A stretch of 64,000 nucleotides of DNA, from NCBI GenBank assembly GCA_044230345.1, contig JBGARF010000013.1, positions 90,370-154,369 on the forward strand, read 5' to 3'. Below are positions 26,206 through 33,908 of the stretch, one piece after another (position 1 is the first letter of the stretch; each line of letters begins with the position of its first letter). The notes under the pieces are model-generated. The model saw nothing but the letters and a program-made list of their open reading frames with translations. It had not been told where the DNA came from and searched no databases. Source of the DNA: Limisphaerales bacterium (GTDB lineage Bacteria; Verrucomicrobiota; Verrucomicrobiia; Limisphaerales; JADJPG01). The position numbers were made by a program, and so were the translations under genes.

Positions 26206-27693
26206 ATGAGCGACCGATCAAACCGGCAGCGAACCAAAATCTGGGGAGCGCTGGCGATCCTTTTGCTCACCGTCGGGTGGGCGGCAGTTCCAGGTGCACG
26301 CGCCGGCCAGTCCATTGCGGTGGCCTGGTATCCGAATTCCGAGACCAATCTCGCCGGCTATCGATTGTTCATTGGTCCCGTGTCCCGCAACTACGACGGG
26401 ATGGTGGAAGTGCCGGCGCCGGAAGTCAGCGCGACCGTGACCAACCTTCTGCCGGGGGCGACCTATTTCTTTTCTGTCATCGCGTACAACACGGAGGGAC
26501 TGGAGAGCGATTTTTCCGAGGAGATCAGCTACACCGTGCCCGGGGGCAACAACGGTGGGGGCAACAATGGCGGCGGGAGCGGGACCAACAATAACAACGG
26601 CGGCGGCAACAACGGGGGAGGGAACAATGGCGGAAATAACGGTGGCAACAACGGTGGCAACAACGGTGGCGGCGGGACGGTGACCAATGATCCGGCGTTC
26701 TTCCTCGCGGCAGCCGGAAATTACAACGGGCTGGTGGCCGAGGAGGACGAAGTTCGCCATGCTCATTCCGGCAGCTTCACCCTGACCGCGACGACTCGCG
26801 GCAGTTATTCCGGCAAAATGTTGATCGCCGGAAAAAATCTTTCGATCCGCGGATTGCTCTCGCCGACGGGACGCGCCACGAATGTCATCGTGCGTCCGGG
26901 CGACGAGACTTTGACGGTGTTGTTGGCGGTGACTCCGGCGCAGCGTCGGGTGGATGGCTGGGTGGTGACCGATTCGTGGCTGGCGCCCTTGATGGGCGAC
27001 CGCAATTCGTATCATGCCAAGACCAATCCCGCTCCGTTTGCCGGCAGCTACACGCTGACCATTCCCAGTCCGGTGGGAACGGTGACCGGGCCGCAGGGGC
27101 ACGGTTATGGCACGGTGAAGATTGATACCAAGGGACAGGCTACTTTCCTGGGCTTTCTGGCCGATGGAAGCAAGGCGACGCAGAGGGCCACGCTGTCCGC
27201 CGGGGGCCACTGGCCATTTCACCTCAATCTCTATGGCGGCGGCGGTTCGTCGTTGGGCTGGCTGGTCGTGAGCGATCAAGGCGACGTCGGCGGACTGGTC
27301 AGTTGGATCCGGCCGACGGCGCCCGGACGGTACTATGCTGGCGGACTCACGAACGAATCCAGTGTCGTGGGTGCGAGCTACACGGTGCCGTCGCCAACGG
27401 ATCTACAGGGCACGGCCCGGCGCATGGCGATTGTCTGTCGAGGCGGCAATTTTGCGACCTCCATCAATGACGAAGTCATGGTCCTGCCGAACGGACGCAT
27501 GCTCGCCCAGCTCGGGGACACGGTCAAATTCGGGTTCTCACCCTCGACGGGCTTGTTCAAGGGCGTCGTGCCCGATCCATCCACGGGCCGTCCGTTGTCC
27601 TTCGGCGGGGTGATCCTGCAGAAATGGCAGTGGGGCGCCGGCATGGTCCTCGGCACGAACCGCGTGGGCTACGTCGGAGTCTCGCTCGAGTAG
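26206..27693 (+). CDS. Secreted FN3 - Gly/Asn low-complexity linker - uncharacterised C-terminal domain protein (paralog of 22314..25748)
   Basis: MSDRSNRQRTKIWGALAILLLTVGWAAVPGARA signal (alternative starts 26176 and 26194). FN3 domain: SIAVAWYPNSETNLAGYRLFIG...ATYFFSVIAYNTEGLES. A GGNN-type linker spans 26542-26676. The C-terminal ~330 aa align with the previous protein. Confidence 0.8.
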   Translation: MSDRSNRQRTKIWGALAILLLTVGWAAVPGARAGQSIAVAWYPNSETNLAGYRLFIGPVSRNYDGMVEVPAPEVSATVTNLLPGATYFFSVIAYNTEGLESDFSEEISYTVPGGNNGGGNNGGGSGTNNNNGGGNNGGGNNGGNNGGNNGGNNGGGGTVTNDPAFFLAAAGNYNGLVAEEDEVRHAHSGSFTLTATTRGSYSGKMLIAGKNLSIRGLLSPTGRATNVIVRPGDETLTVLLAVTPAQRRVDGWVVTDSWLAPLMGDRNSYHAKTNPAPFAGSYTLTIPSPVGTVTGPQGHGYGTVKIDTKGQATFLGFLADGSKATQRATLSAGGHWPFHLNLYGGGGSSLGWLVVSDQGDVGGLVSWIRPTAPGRYYAGGLTNESSVVGASYTVPSPTDLQGTARRMAIVCRGGNFATSINDEVMVLPNGRMLAQLGDTVKFGFSPSTGLFKGVVPDPSTGRPLSFGGVILQKWQWGAGMVLGTNRVGYVGVSLE

Positions 27694-27761
27694 ACCGCCG
27701 GACGCCGAAGTCGCCAACTCACTCCGCGGCTCGCCTCCCGCGGGGATCATCTCCTCCTCCT

Positions 27762-27839
27762 GCTCTTGCTCTTGCTCTTGCTCTTGCTCTCGCTCTTGCT
27801 CTCGCTCTTGCTCTCGCTCTCGCTCTCGCTCTCGCTCTC
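27762..27839. repeat. Intergenic hexanucleotide array, 13 x gctct[tc]
   Basis: Read directly: gctctt x4, then alternating and run units of gctctc. Degenerate units continue to about 27856. It starts 69 nt after the stop at 27693 and follows a hairpin tccgcgg-N8-ccgcggg (27723-27744). Confidence 0.95.
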
Positions 27840-27974
27840 AGCTTGCTCTCAGCTCCGGGAGGAACAACAACCTTTTCAAGCGCGACCCAATTTGCTACCA
27901 CCTGACCTGGCCGACGGGCAGGGGACTCTCGGGCGGCTTGGCTAAACCAACTCAAAACACAGAAAGGAAATCGT

Positions 27975-28130
27975 ATGGCTGCCAAGGCACGTCGAACGAC
28001 ACATCGTAGCAGTGCGGGTAAAAAGCTCTACGCGGTGCGCGACAAGAAAGGAAAGTTTAAGGATATCCAAACTTTTGAGCGTGCGCATCGCGCGGATTTG
28101 GCTCGCAAGGGTAAGGGCGAGAAAAAATGA
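27975..28130 (+). CDS. Small basic protein (51 aa), hypothetical
   Basis: Below the ORF-track cutoff. SD-like aaaggaaatcgtATG precedes MAAKARRTTHRSSAGKKLYAVRDKKGKFKDIQTFERAHRADLARKGKGEKK*. It sits in a locally lower-GC stretch. Confidence 0.45.
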   Translation: MAAKARRTTHRSSAGKKLYAVRDKKGKFKDIQTFERAHRADLARKGKGEKK

Positions 28131-28252
28131 ATCGGAGCGCCGCACGCGAGGTTCGCCGCAGAACCGTTCCCGGCGCTTGGGCTTGACGGTATGGTACCAG
28201 GGCGGCACGCCTGATTCCCTGCTCTCCGCACCCTTGAAATGGAGATAATGTC

Positions 28253-29032
28253 ATGATTTGCCTTCGAAAGAATCGCCCCCGGGCTGCCGGCCGTTGGCTT
28301 GCGCTTGGCCTGAGCGCGGTCGTGAGCCTCCTTCCCCTGAGCCTGCGTGGCGCCGTGGTGGTCGCCGGTCCATCGGTGCTGCCGGTTTCAACCACGAACG
28401 CGGTGGTCACCTGGACCACGGACGTCGCCACGCGCGGCGTGGTCCGATACGGATTGAGCCTGGCCAATCTGGATCAGACCGCCGAAGAGGACGACGTGCA
28501 GGGCAAACATTCGGTGAAGTTGACCGGGCTGCGGCCGGGCGCGCGCTATCATTACGTGGTGGCCACCGCCCGGGTGCCCCTTGCCACCAACGCTTTTGTC
28601 ATGCCGGCAGCCGGGACCTCGGCGCCGGTGCCGTTAGTGGCAACGCGTCCGCGGGAGTCCGCGTCTCCCGGCGTTCCGGCCGTTAAGGAGGCGGCTCGTG
28701 TCACGACGCCTCGGGCGCCGCCCACGCGCGAATCGTGGGGGCAGATGGCCAGCCTGCAGGACCACTACGAGCGGCACGGACCCGATTTTCAGGCGCGCGA
28801 CGCCGACGATTACGCGCGGCAGGCCTGGGAGTTTTTGCAGCGTGCCCGGCAGGAGGGGTTGCCGGCGAAAGTCGACGATGATGGCGTGGTGCGTATTTAC
28901 GATCCCAAGACCCGCGCCTTTGCCGCTTACAATCGCAACGGCACAACCAAGACCTTTTTCAAACCGAACAGCCGCGATTACTTCGAGCGCCAACCGGGGC
29001 GCCCCGTTAACGCGAAGACTCTCAAGTTTTGA
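28253..29032 (+). CDS. Secreted protein: signal peptide + FN3-like domain + Pro-rich linker + ~110-aa C-terminal module of unknown (toxin-like?) function
   Basis: GGAG lies 9 nt upstream of ATG 28253. Signal peptide: MICLRKNRPRAAGRWLALGLSAVVSLLPLSLRG. FN3-like domain: VVTWTTDVATRGVVRYG...LTGLRPGARYHYVV. C-terminal module: LQDHYERHGPDFQARDADDYARQAWEFLQRARQEGLPAKVDDDGVVRIYDPKTRAFAAYNRNGTTKTFFKPNSRDYF. Confidence 0.75.
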   Translation: MICLRKNRPRAAGRWLALGLSAVVSLLPLSLRGAVVVAGPSVLPVSTTNAVVTWTTDVATRGVVRYGLSLANLDQTAEEDDVQGKHSVKLTGLRPGARYHYVVATARVPLATNAFVMPAAGTSAPVPLVATRPRESASPGVPAVKEAARVTTPRAPPTRESWGQMASLQDHYERHGPDFQARDADDYARQAWEFLQRARQEGLPAKVDDDGVVRIYDPKTRAFAAYNRNGTTKTFFKPNSRDYFERQPGRPVNAKTLKF

Positions 29033-29034
29033 TC

Positions 29035-29313
29035 ATGAGCAATACCTGCCCAGTCTGCCGTTTTCCCGGATTGACCGAACCGCCTCGAGGCAAGTCAGGC
29101 GGCGCCTCCTTTGAAATCTGTCCCTGCTGCGGCTTTCAGTTTGGCGTCTCGGACGACGACGAAGGTGTGACCTACGTCGCGTGGCGGCGACGCTGGAAGG
29201 AAGGAGGCATGCGTTGGTTCAGCAAGGGGCGCCGGGCACCCGCCGGCTGGGATGCGGCCGCCCAGTTGAAAGCCAGACCCGTGGCCCCGGCGAAAGTTGC
29301 GCGCAAGAAATAG
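29035..29313 (+). CDS. Small 4-Cys zinc-ribbon protein (CPxC...CPCC type)
   Basis: ATG 29035 lies 2 nt after the upstream stop (29030-29032). MSNTCPVCRFPGLTEPPRGKSGGASFEICPCCGFQFGVSDDDEG... has two Cys pairs followed by an acidic patch and a basic tail. Confidence 0.65.
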   Translation: MSNTCPVCRFPGLTEPPRGKSGGASFEICPCCGFQFGVSDDDEGVTYVAWRRRWKEGGMRWFSKGRRAPAGWDAAAQLKARPVAPAKVARKK

Positions 29314-29526
29314 GGATTCCGGGGGGGGCGGAGACTCTCATGGGGCGATTCTTTAGTTGACGGTCGAATCGCTTTTGGGCAAGCCTTGGCCTCGTCAGCG
29401 CAAAGAACAGCGGTGTCGGTGTCAAAAGACAGATTGTCAGCCAGCCAGAACTAGCGACGAATCAGAGCTACTGCCAGGGCAGCAACTCCCCACTTAGTTT
29501 TTTAAGCGCCCAACCACCTTGGTGTC

Positions 29527-29883
29527 ATGAATGAGTCCCGTCTCTTCGTAGGAAACCTCTCCTATCAAACCATGGACAACGACCTGCAGGACTACTTTTC
29601 CCAGGCAGGGGTTGTCGCGTCTGTGAACGTCATGCTCGACAAGTTCACGGGTAAGTCCCGCGGGTTCGCCTTCGTGGAAATGTCCACGCCGGACGAAGCC
29701 AACAAAGCCGTTGAAATGTTCCACAACAAGGAATTTCAAGGCCGTCCCTTGACGGTCAACATCGCCCGTCCGCGCGAGGAACGTCCGCCCCGTCAGGGTG
29801 GCGGTGGCGGCGGCGGCGGATACCGTGGCGATCGCGGGGACCGAGGTGACCGCGGCGATCGGGGTGATCGCGGCCGTTACTAA
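29527..29883 (+). CDS. RRM-type RNA-binding protein with Gly / (RGD)5 tail
   Basis: RNP2 motif LFVGNL, RNP1 motif RGFAFVEM, and a C-terminal GGGGGGGGYRGDRGDRGDRGDRGDRGRY. Confidence 0.9.
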   Translation: MNESRLFVGNLSYQTMDNDLQDYFSQAGVVASVNVMLDKFTGKSRGFAFVEMSTPDEANKAVEMFHNKEFQGRPLTVNIARPREERPPRQGGGGGGGGYRGDRGDRGDRGDRGDRGRY

Positions 29884-29908
29884 GCCTCTCGACAAAAGAT
29901 TTTGTGCA

Positions 29909-29944
29909 AAGGCCGTCCGGTTTTCCGGACGGCCTTATTTGTTT
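29909..29944. terminator. Bidirectional rho-independent terminator
   Basis: A 12-bp perfect stem aaggccgtccgg / ccggacggcctt with loop tttt, followed by atttgttt. It lies between convergent stops at 29883 (+) and 29972 (-). Confidence 0.75.
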
Positions 29945-29971
29945 GGGTGGATCGTCCGGCCCCGGCAAGGG

Positions 29972-30895
29972 CTACCGCCCGATCCAGCCGAAGAAACCAA
30001 TCGCGTCCAAGTCAGCGGTGAGCGCATCGATTTGGTCGGCCGGCAAACTGACATTCGGAAGCCGGGCGGGACCTACGTCCACTCCCAGGATTTTCATCAA
30101 CGCCTTGGCGCTGCCCATGAAACCGCGTTTGACCAGGATCTTCACCAGTTGCGCCGAGCGGAACTGCTCATTCCGCGCTGTTTCCAGATCGCCTCTGACC
30201 TGCGCCGCCATCAAACGGTGGTAGATCGGCGCCGCGAAATTGTAGGTGCTGCCCACGGCTCCCCTCGCTCCGAGAGCCAGCGCCGCCAGCAGCCACTCGT
30301 CGGTCCCGTAGGGAACATCGAACCGACCGTCGGCCGCCCGCAGGCAGAATTGATACGACATCAGATCGCTGTTGGTGAACTTCAGGCCGGCCAGGGTCGG
30401 AATGCGCTCAGGAGCGCGCTCCAAAAAGTCCGGCATCGACAGGCTGACGCCCGTCAGACTCGGAATGTCATAGAAATAAAACGGTGTGCCGGGCGCCGCC
30501 TTTGCCACGTCAGCGCAGCTGGCAATCAGCGTGTCGAGTGTCGCCGGTTTGAAGTAGGAAGGTGCCAGCGCCGAGATGGCCAGTGCTCCCAATGCCTCCG
30601 CCTGGGCGGCCAGCGCGCGGGCGTCGGCCAGACAATTCGATCCAACATGCACGACGAATTTCAGATCGCCGCCGCGCGTGACCTCTGCCCAGCGCTGGGC
30701 CAGTTGGCGGCGTTCATCCACGGTCAAGGAGTGACTCTCGCCCGTGCTGCCGCCAATGAAGACAAGGCGCACGCCCGTCGACCACAGGTGCGCGGCTTGA
30801 CGTTCAACGATCTCCAGACGGAGCGATCCGTCCGGATGAAACGGCGTGTGCGTGGCGGCTACGAGGCCGGTCAGGCGTGGGGCGGTGGTGGTCAT
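29972..30895 (-). CDS. nanA: N-acetylneuraminate lyase / DapA-family aldolase
   Basis: Track ORF 29972..32104 trimmed to ATG 30895 (MTTTAPRLTGLVAATHTPF...VFIGGSTGES...FYFYDIPSLTGV...LAGLKFTNSDL). The ATGA overlap with the MFS gene and the sialidase upstream support a NanA role. Confidence 0.8.
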   Translation of the reverse strand: MTTTAPRLTGLVAATHTPFHPDGSLRLEIVERQAAHLWSTGVRLVFIGGSTGESHSLTVDERRQLAQRWAEVTRGGDLKFVVHVGSNCLADARALAAQAEALGALAISALAPSYFKPATLDTLIASCADVAKAAPGTPFYFYDIPSLTGVSLSMPDFLERAPERIPTLAGLKFTNSDLMSYQFCLRAADGRFDVPYGTDEWLLAALALGARGAVGSTYNFAAPIYHRLMAAQVRGDLETARNEQFRSAQLVKILVKRGFMGSAKALMKILGVDVGPARLPNVSLPADQIDALTADLDAIGFFGWIGR

Positions 30896-32142
30896 GACTG
30901 GGGCGGAGTATCGAGCAGCGCGCGGGGCTTGGGTCGGATCAGCAGGACGAGCACAATCGAGATTACTGCGGTGCCGGCAAAGAGGCCGAAGATGGCGTTC
31001 AACGGCACGGCGCGATCGCGCAGTATGCCAAAGCCCCAGTCGGCCAGCCCGCCGCAGCTGATGCTGACCAGATTCATAATTCCATAGCCCGTCGCCCGGA
31101 GTTCCGGTCGGACAATCTGGGACAGAATCGGCATGTTGTTGCAGTCGAAAAAGCCCCAGCCCAATCCAAACAGAATGAGAAACCACACCGCCACGATCAG
31201 GCTGCCGGCGTTGCCCACGCCGAACAGCGCCGGAATGATCAACGCCATGCCAATCGCGCTGGCATAGATGCGGCCCCGATCGGTTTGCTTCATCCAGCGA
31301 TCGGCCAGCCAGCCACCCGCCAACGCCCCGACGATGGCCGCCGACTGCCAGTAGAGCGTCGCGGAAACGCCCGCCTTGCCTTGCCCCAGATGAAACTGCT
31401 GCTTCAAGATCGCCGGCATCCAATCCCGCACCACCCACCCCGCCAACGCCGGCAAGGTGAAATAGAGGACCAGCAGAATGAAGGACGGATTGGACAACAA
31501 CTCGCCCAAGGCGGAGATCGGTTGCGGCGCCTTGGGGCTGGCCTCGGCCCGAGGGGCGTCGCGCAAGGCGAACGCCAGCGGCACCGCATAGAGCATTCCG
31601 GCGATGCCGCAAACTCCAAACGCGAATCTCCAGCCCAAGGTGGGCGCATCCGCCACGTAACCGCTGAATCCGCCCACGATCACGCCCACGTAGATCGCCA
31701 TCTGATGCAATCCGACCGCCCGCGAACGTGTGTGCGCCGTGTGATAGTCCGAGATCAAGGCCAGCGCCGCCGGAATGTAAAACGCCTCGCTGATGCCCAT
31801 CAGCGTCCGCGTCCACAGGAGACCGTCGTAGGTGGTGACGTGACCCGTTGCCCAGGTCACCGCCGACCACACGAACAGGCTGCCGCAAATGGTCAGCCGT
31901 CGGCTGAAGCGATCGGCGATGTAGCCGCCGATGGGACTGAGAAACGCGTAGACCCACTTGAACTGTCCCAGCATCCGACCCCAGTTCGCGTCGGTCGCAA
32001 CACTCGGGATGTCCGTCATGACCGAAAACTTCACCGACGCCAGCATCTGGCGATCGAGATAATTCAACAGTGCCACCGGCCAGAGCAGGCCAACGACGAT
32101 CCACGCGTAACGACTTAAACTGGACGGCCCCCCACTACTCAT
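30892..32142 (-). CDS. MFS transporter
   Basis: Twelve-helix-type hydrophobic profile with LNYLDRQ and GYIADRFSRR (MFS loop 2-3 motif). Confidence 0.85.
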   Translation of the reverse strand: MSSGGPSSLSRYAWIVVGLLWPVALLNYLDRQMLASVKFSVMTDIPSVATDANWGRMLGQFKWVYAFLSPIGGYIADRFSRRLTICGSLFVWSAVTWATGHVTTYDGLLWTRTLMGISEAFYIPAALALISDYHTAHTRSRAVGLHQMAIYVGVIVGGFSGYVADAPTLGWRFAFGVCGIAGMLYAVPLAFALRDAPRAEASPKAPQPISALGELLSNPSFILLVLYFTLPALAGWVVRDWMPAILKQQFHLGQGKAGVSATLYWQSAAIVGALAGGWLADRWMKQTDRGRIYASAIGMALIIPALFGVGNAGSLIVAVWFLILFGLGWGFFDCNNMPILSQIVRPELRATGYGIMNLVSISCGGLADWGFGILRDRAVPLNAIFGLFAGTAVISIVLVLLIRPKPRALLDTPPQS

Positions 32143-32169
32143 AGCTTGTGAAAGGAAGATGGACGCCCG

Positions 32170-32270
32170 TTGGGAACCGCAGATGAACGCCGATGGACGC
32201 CAATGCCACGCTTGGCGTGACGCGATCGTTCAGTGTCTTCATCTGCGCCAATCTGCGTGCATCCGCGGTT
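32170..32270. repeat. Palindromic REP-like element, copy 1
   Basis: ttgggaaccgcagatgaacgccgatggacgcc...cttcatctgcgccaatctgcgtgcatccgcggtt. The termini aaccgcagatg and catccgcggtt are complementary. Confidence 0.85.
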
Positions 32271-32299
32271 AAACATTGGCAGTGGGGAAAGGGCGTCAC

Positions 32300-32399
32300 T
32301 TGGGAACCGCGATGAACGCCGAAGGACCCAGAGACCACGCTTGCCGTGACGCGATTGTTCAGTGCCTTCATCTGCGTTAATCTGCGTGCATCTGCGGTT
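32300..32399. repeat. Palindromic REP-like element, copy 2
   Basis: About 85% identical by eye to copy 1, and in tandem with it in the 275-nt spacer between the sialidase and MFS genes. Confidence 0.85.
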
Positions 32400-32417
32400 G
32401 GCCAATTTTGCCACGAA

Positions 32418-33566
32418 TCACTTCCGCCCGTAATCGAGCTCGTTCAATTTCAGCCGGATGCTGACAATGAACGGCGGATCTTTCTCGACCCAGTGGCCGT
32501 AGGTGGTGGTCACGATGGTGCCATTCGGCAGCACCTCGACCCCAGGATACGCGCAGTCCGAGCCGTCATGATTGTCCATCAGGCGAATTCGATATTGGCC
32601 TTCTTTTCCCGCCACAATGTCTTCGTAGCGGCCGACCCACGCCACCCAGTCGCCTTTGGTGGGCGATTCCAGCGTGGTATCGCGAAAGCTGATGAACAGG
32701 CGTCCGTCGGGAGTGTACTTGCCGGTGTGCCGATCGCCGGTCAGCGCTCCCGGCAATTCCCGCGGGGCCGACCAGGTCTGGCCTTCGTCGTCGGAAAAAA
32801 TCACGTGCGAGTTTTTGCGCCGGGAATTCTCGCGCAACAACACGGCGATTTGTCTGCCATTCGGCGAACGAATGAAGCCGGGCTCGCAAAGATGCACGTC
32901 GCTGCGCTTGAACACCGCCTCCGGCGTGGACCAGGTCAGGCCGCCGTCTTTGGACCACGTCTTGAACAGCGTGAAAGCCACCGGCTTTTCCGGCTGGGGC
33001 TTGGCGGTGAAATAACGCCCGTCGTCGTGAAACATCGCCAGGTAATGCCCAGGACCGGTTTTCACCGGCTCGGTGAAGCCCATCACGACGATCCCGCCCC
33101 AGTCGCCGGCGGGCTTGAGTTCGCTCCAGGTTCCGCCGTCGTCTTCGCTCACTGCCAGGCGGGCCGGATACATGCCGGACCAAAGAATCAGGCGTTTCTT
33201 TCCCGAGGCATCGATTACGCGATGGAGGGTAGGGGTCTCCTTGCTGGTGGCCCAGTTGGCGGGGGTGGGCAGGCGCTCGCTCCAGTTCATGCCGCCGTTC
33301 GTGCTGCGTTTGTAAACGATGGGCCCCTTGCCGTGACCCTTGGGATAAACGCACAACATCGTCCGCCCGTCTTCGAGGAGCAGCGTCGACGGATGACCCA
33401 GATACTGGCCGGGCTCGCGATCCACGACGACCTGCCGATGCTTGTCCGCGGCGAGATCGATCAGGGGAATGGAATAGCCGCGGGGCGGTGGAGATGATTC
33501 GGCCGACCGTGCCAGCGCCGGTACGAGACACGAGGCGAGGCAGAGAAGGGCAACGCGTGAGTTCAT
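32418..33566 (-). CDS. Exo-alpha-sialidase (GH33-like, BNR/Asp-box repeats)
   Basis: Trimmed to ATG 33566 (signal MNSRVALLCLASCLVPALARSAES). Four Asp-boxes are present: STNGGMNWS, SEDDGGTWS, SKDGGLTWS and SDDEGQTWS. Confidence 0.85.
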   Translation of the reverse strand: MNSRVALLCLASCLVPALARSAESSPPPRGYSIPLIDLAADKHRQVVVDREPGQYLGHPSTLLLEDGRTMLCVYPKGHGKGPIVYKRSTNGGMNWSERLPTPANWATSKETPTLHRVIDASGKKRLILWSGMYPARLAVSEDDGGTWSELKPAGDWGGIVVMGFTEPVKTGPGHYLAMFHDDGRYFTAKPQPEKPVAFTLFKTWSKDGGLTWSTPEAVFKRSDVHLCEPGFIRSPNGRQIAVLLRENSRRKNSHVIFSDDEGQTWSAPRELPGALTGDRHTGKYTPDGRLFISFRDTTLESPTKGDWVAWVGRYEDIVAGKEGQYRIRLMDNHDGSDCAYPGVEVLPNGTIVTTTYGHWVEKDPPFIVSIRLKLNELDYGRK

Positions 33567-33672
33567 GGCCGGGAGCGTGCGCGAAAGGGCGGTCGTGAGG
33601 CGAGCCTGGAAATGATTCAAACCCGGTGTTGACAAAACCCCGCGCATTTCGAATCTTCTCCGCCTCTTGGTT

Positions 33673-33748
<76 letters not shown>

Positions 33749-33908
33749 CTTTCTTTCCACCCAATAGAATAAGGGGTTTCTACCACGTTCAGTTCGTCAC
33801 CGCTCGGTTTCTAATGCGAACATGTTCGTGCGTGGCGGGATTGATCCGGGGTGATTCACTTCGGATGAATGGAGCCAACAGTCCGTCTCAATTCGCCATC
33901 ACCCCAGC

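Noticed and set aside
27624-27985. (AL)n and (RA)n ORFs over the hexamer array (27624..27905 + and 27719..27985 -)
   Set aside because: They are translation artefacts of the GCTCTY repeat. They have no start context and overlap the real gene end at 27693.
29821-29883. (RGD)5 tail of the RRM protein as an integrin-binding/adhesion motif
   Set aside because: The protein has no signal peptide. Arg/Gly-rich tails are normal auxiliary RNA-binding regions of bacterial RRM proteins, so the RGD reading is most likely coincidental.
30896-32104. Upstream 403 codons of track ORF 29972..32104 (710 aa)
   Set aside because: Only the C-terminal 307 aa (from ATG 30895) look like a DapA/NanA aldolase. The upstream part is an alternative frame of the MFS transporter gene (30892..32142), which has the proper hydrophobic-helix pattern.
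32135-32414. Small ORFs over the REP-like elements (32135..32371 -, 32139..32414 -, start of 32346..33497 +)
   Set aside because: They are produced by the palindromic repeat, which gives similar peptides on both strands. The plus ORF beyond them is antisense to the sialidase.
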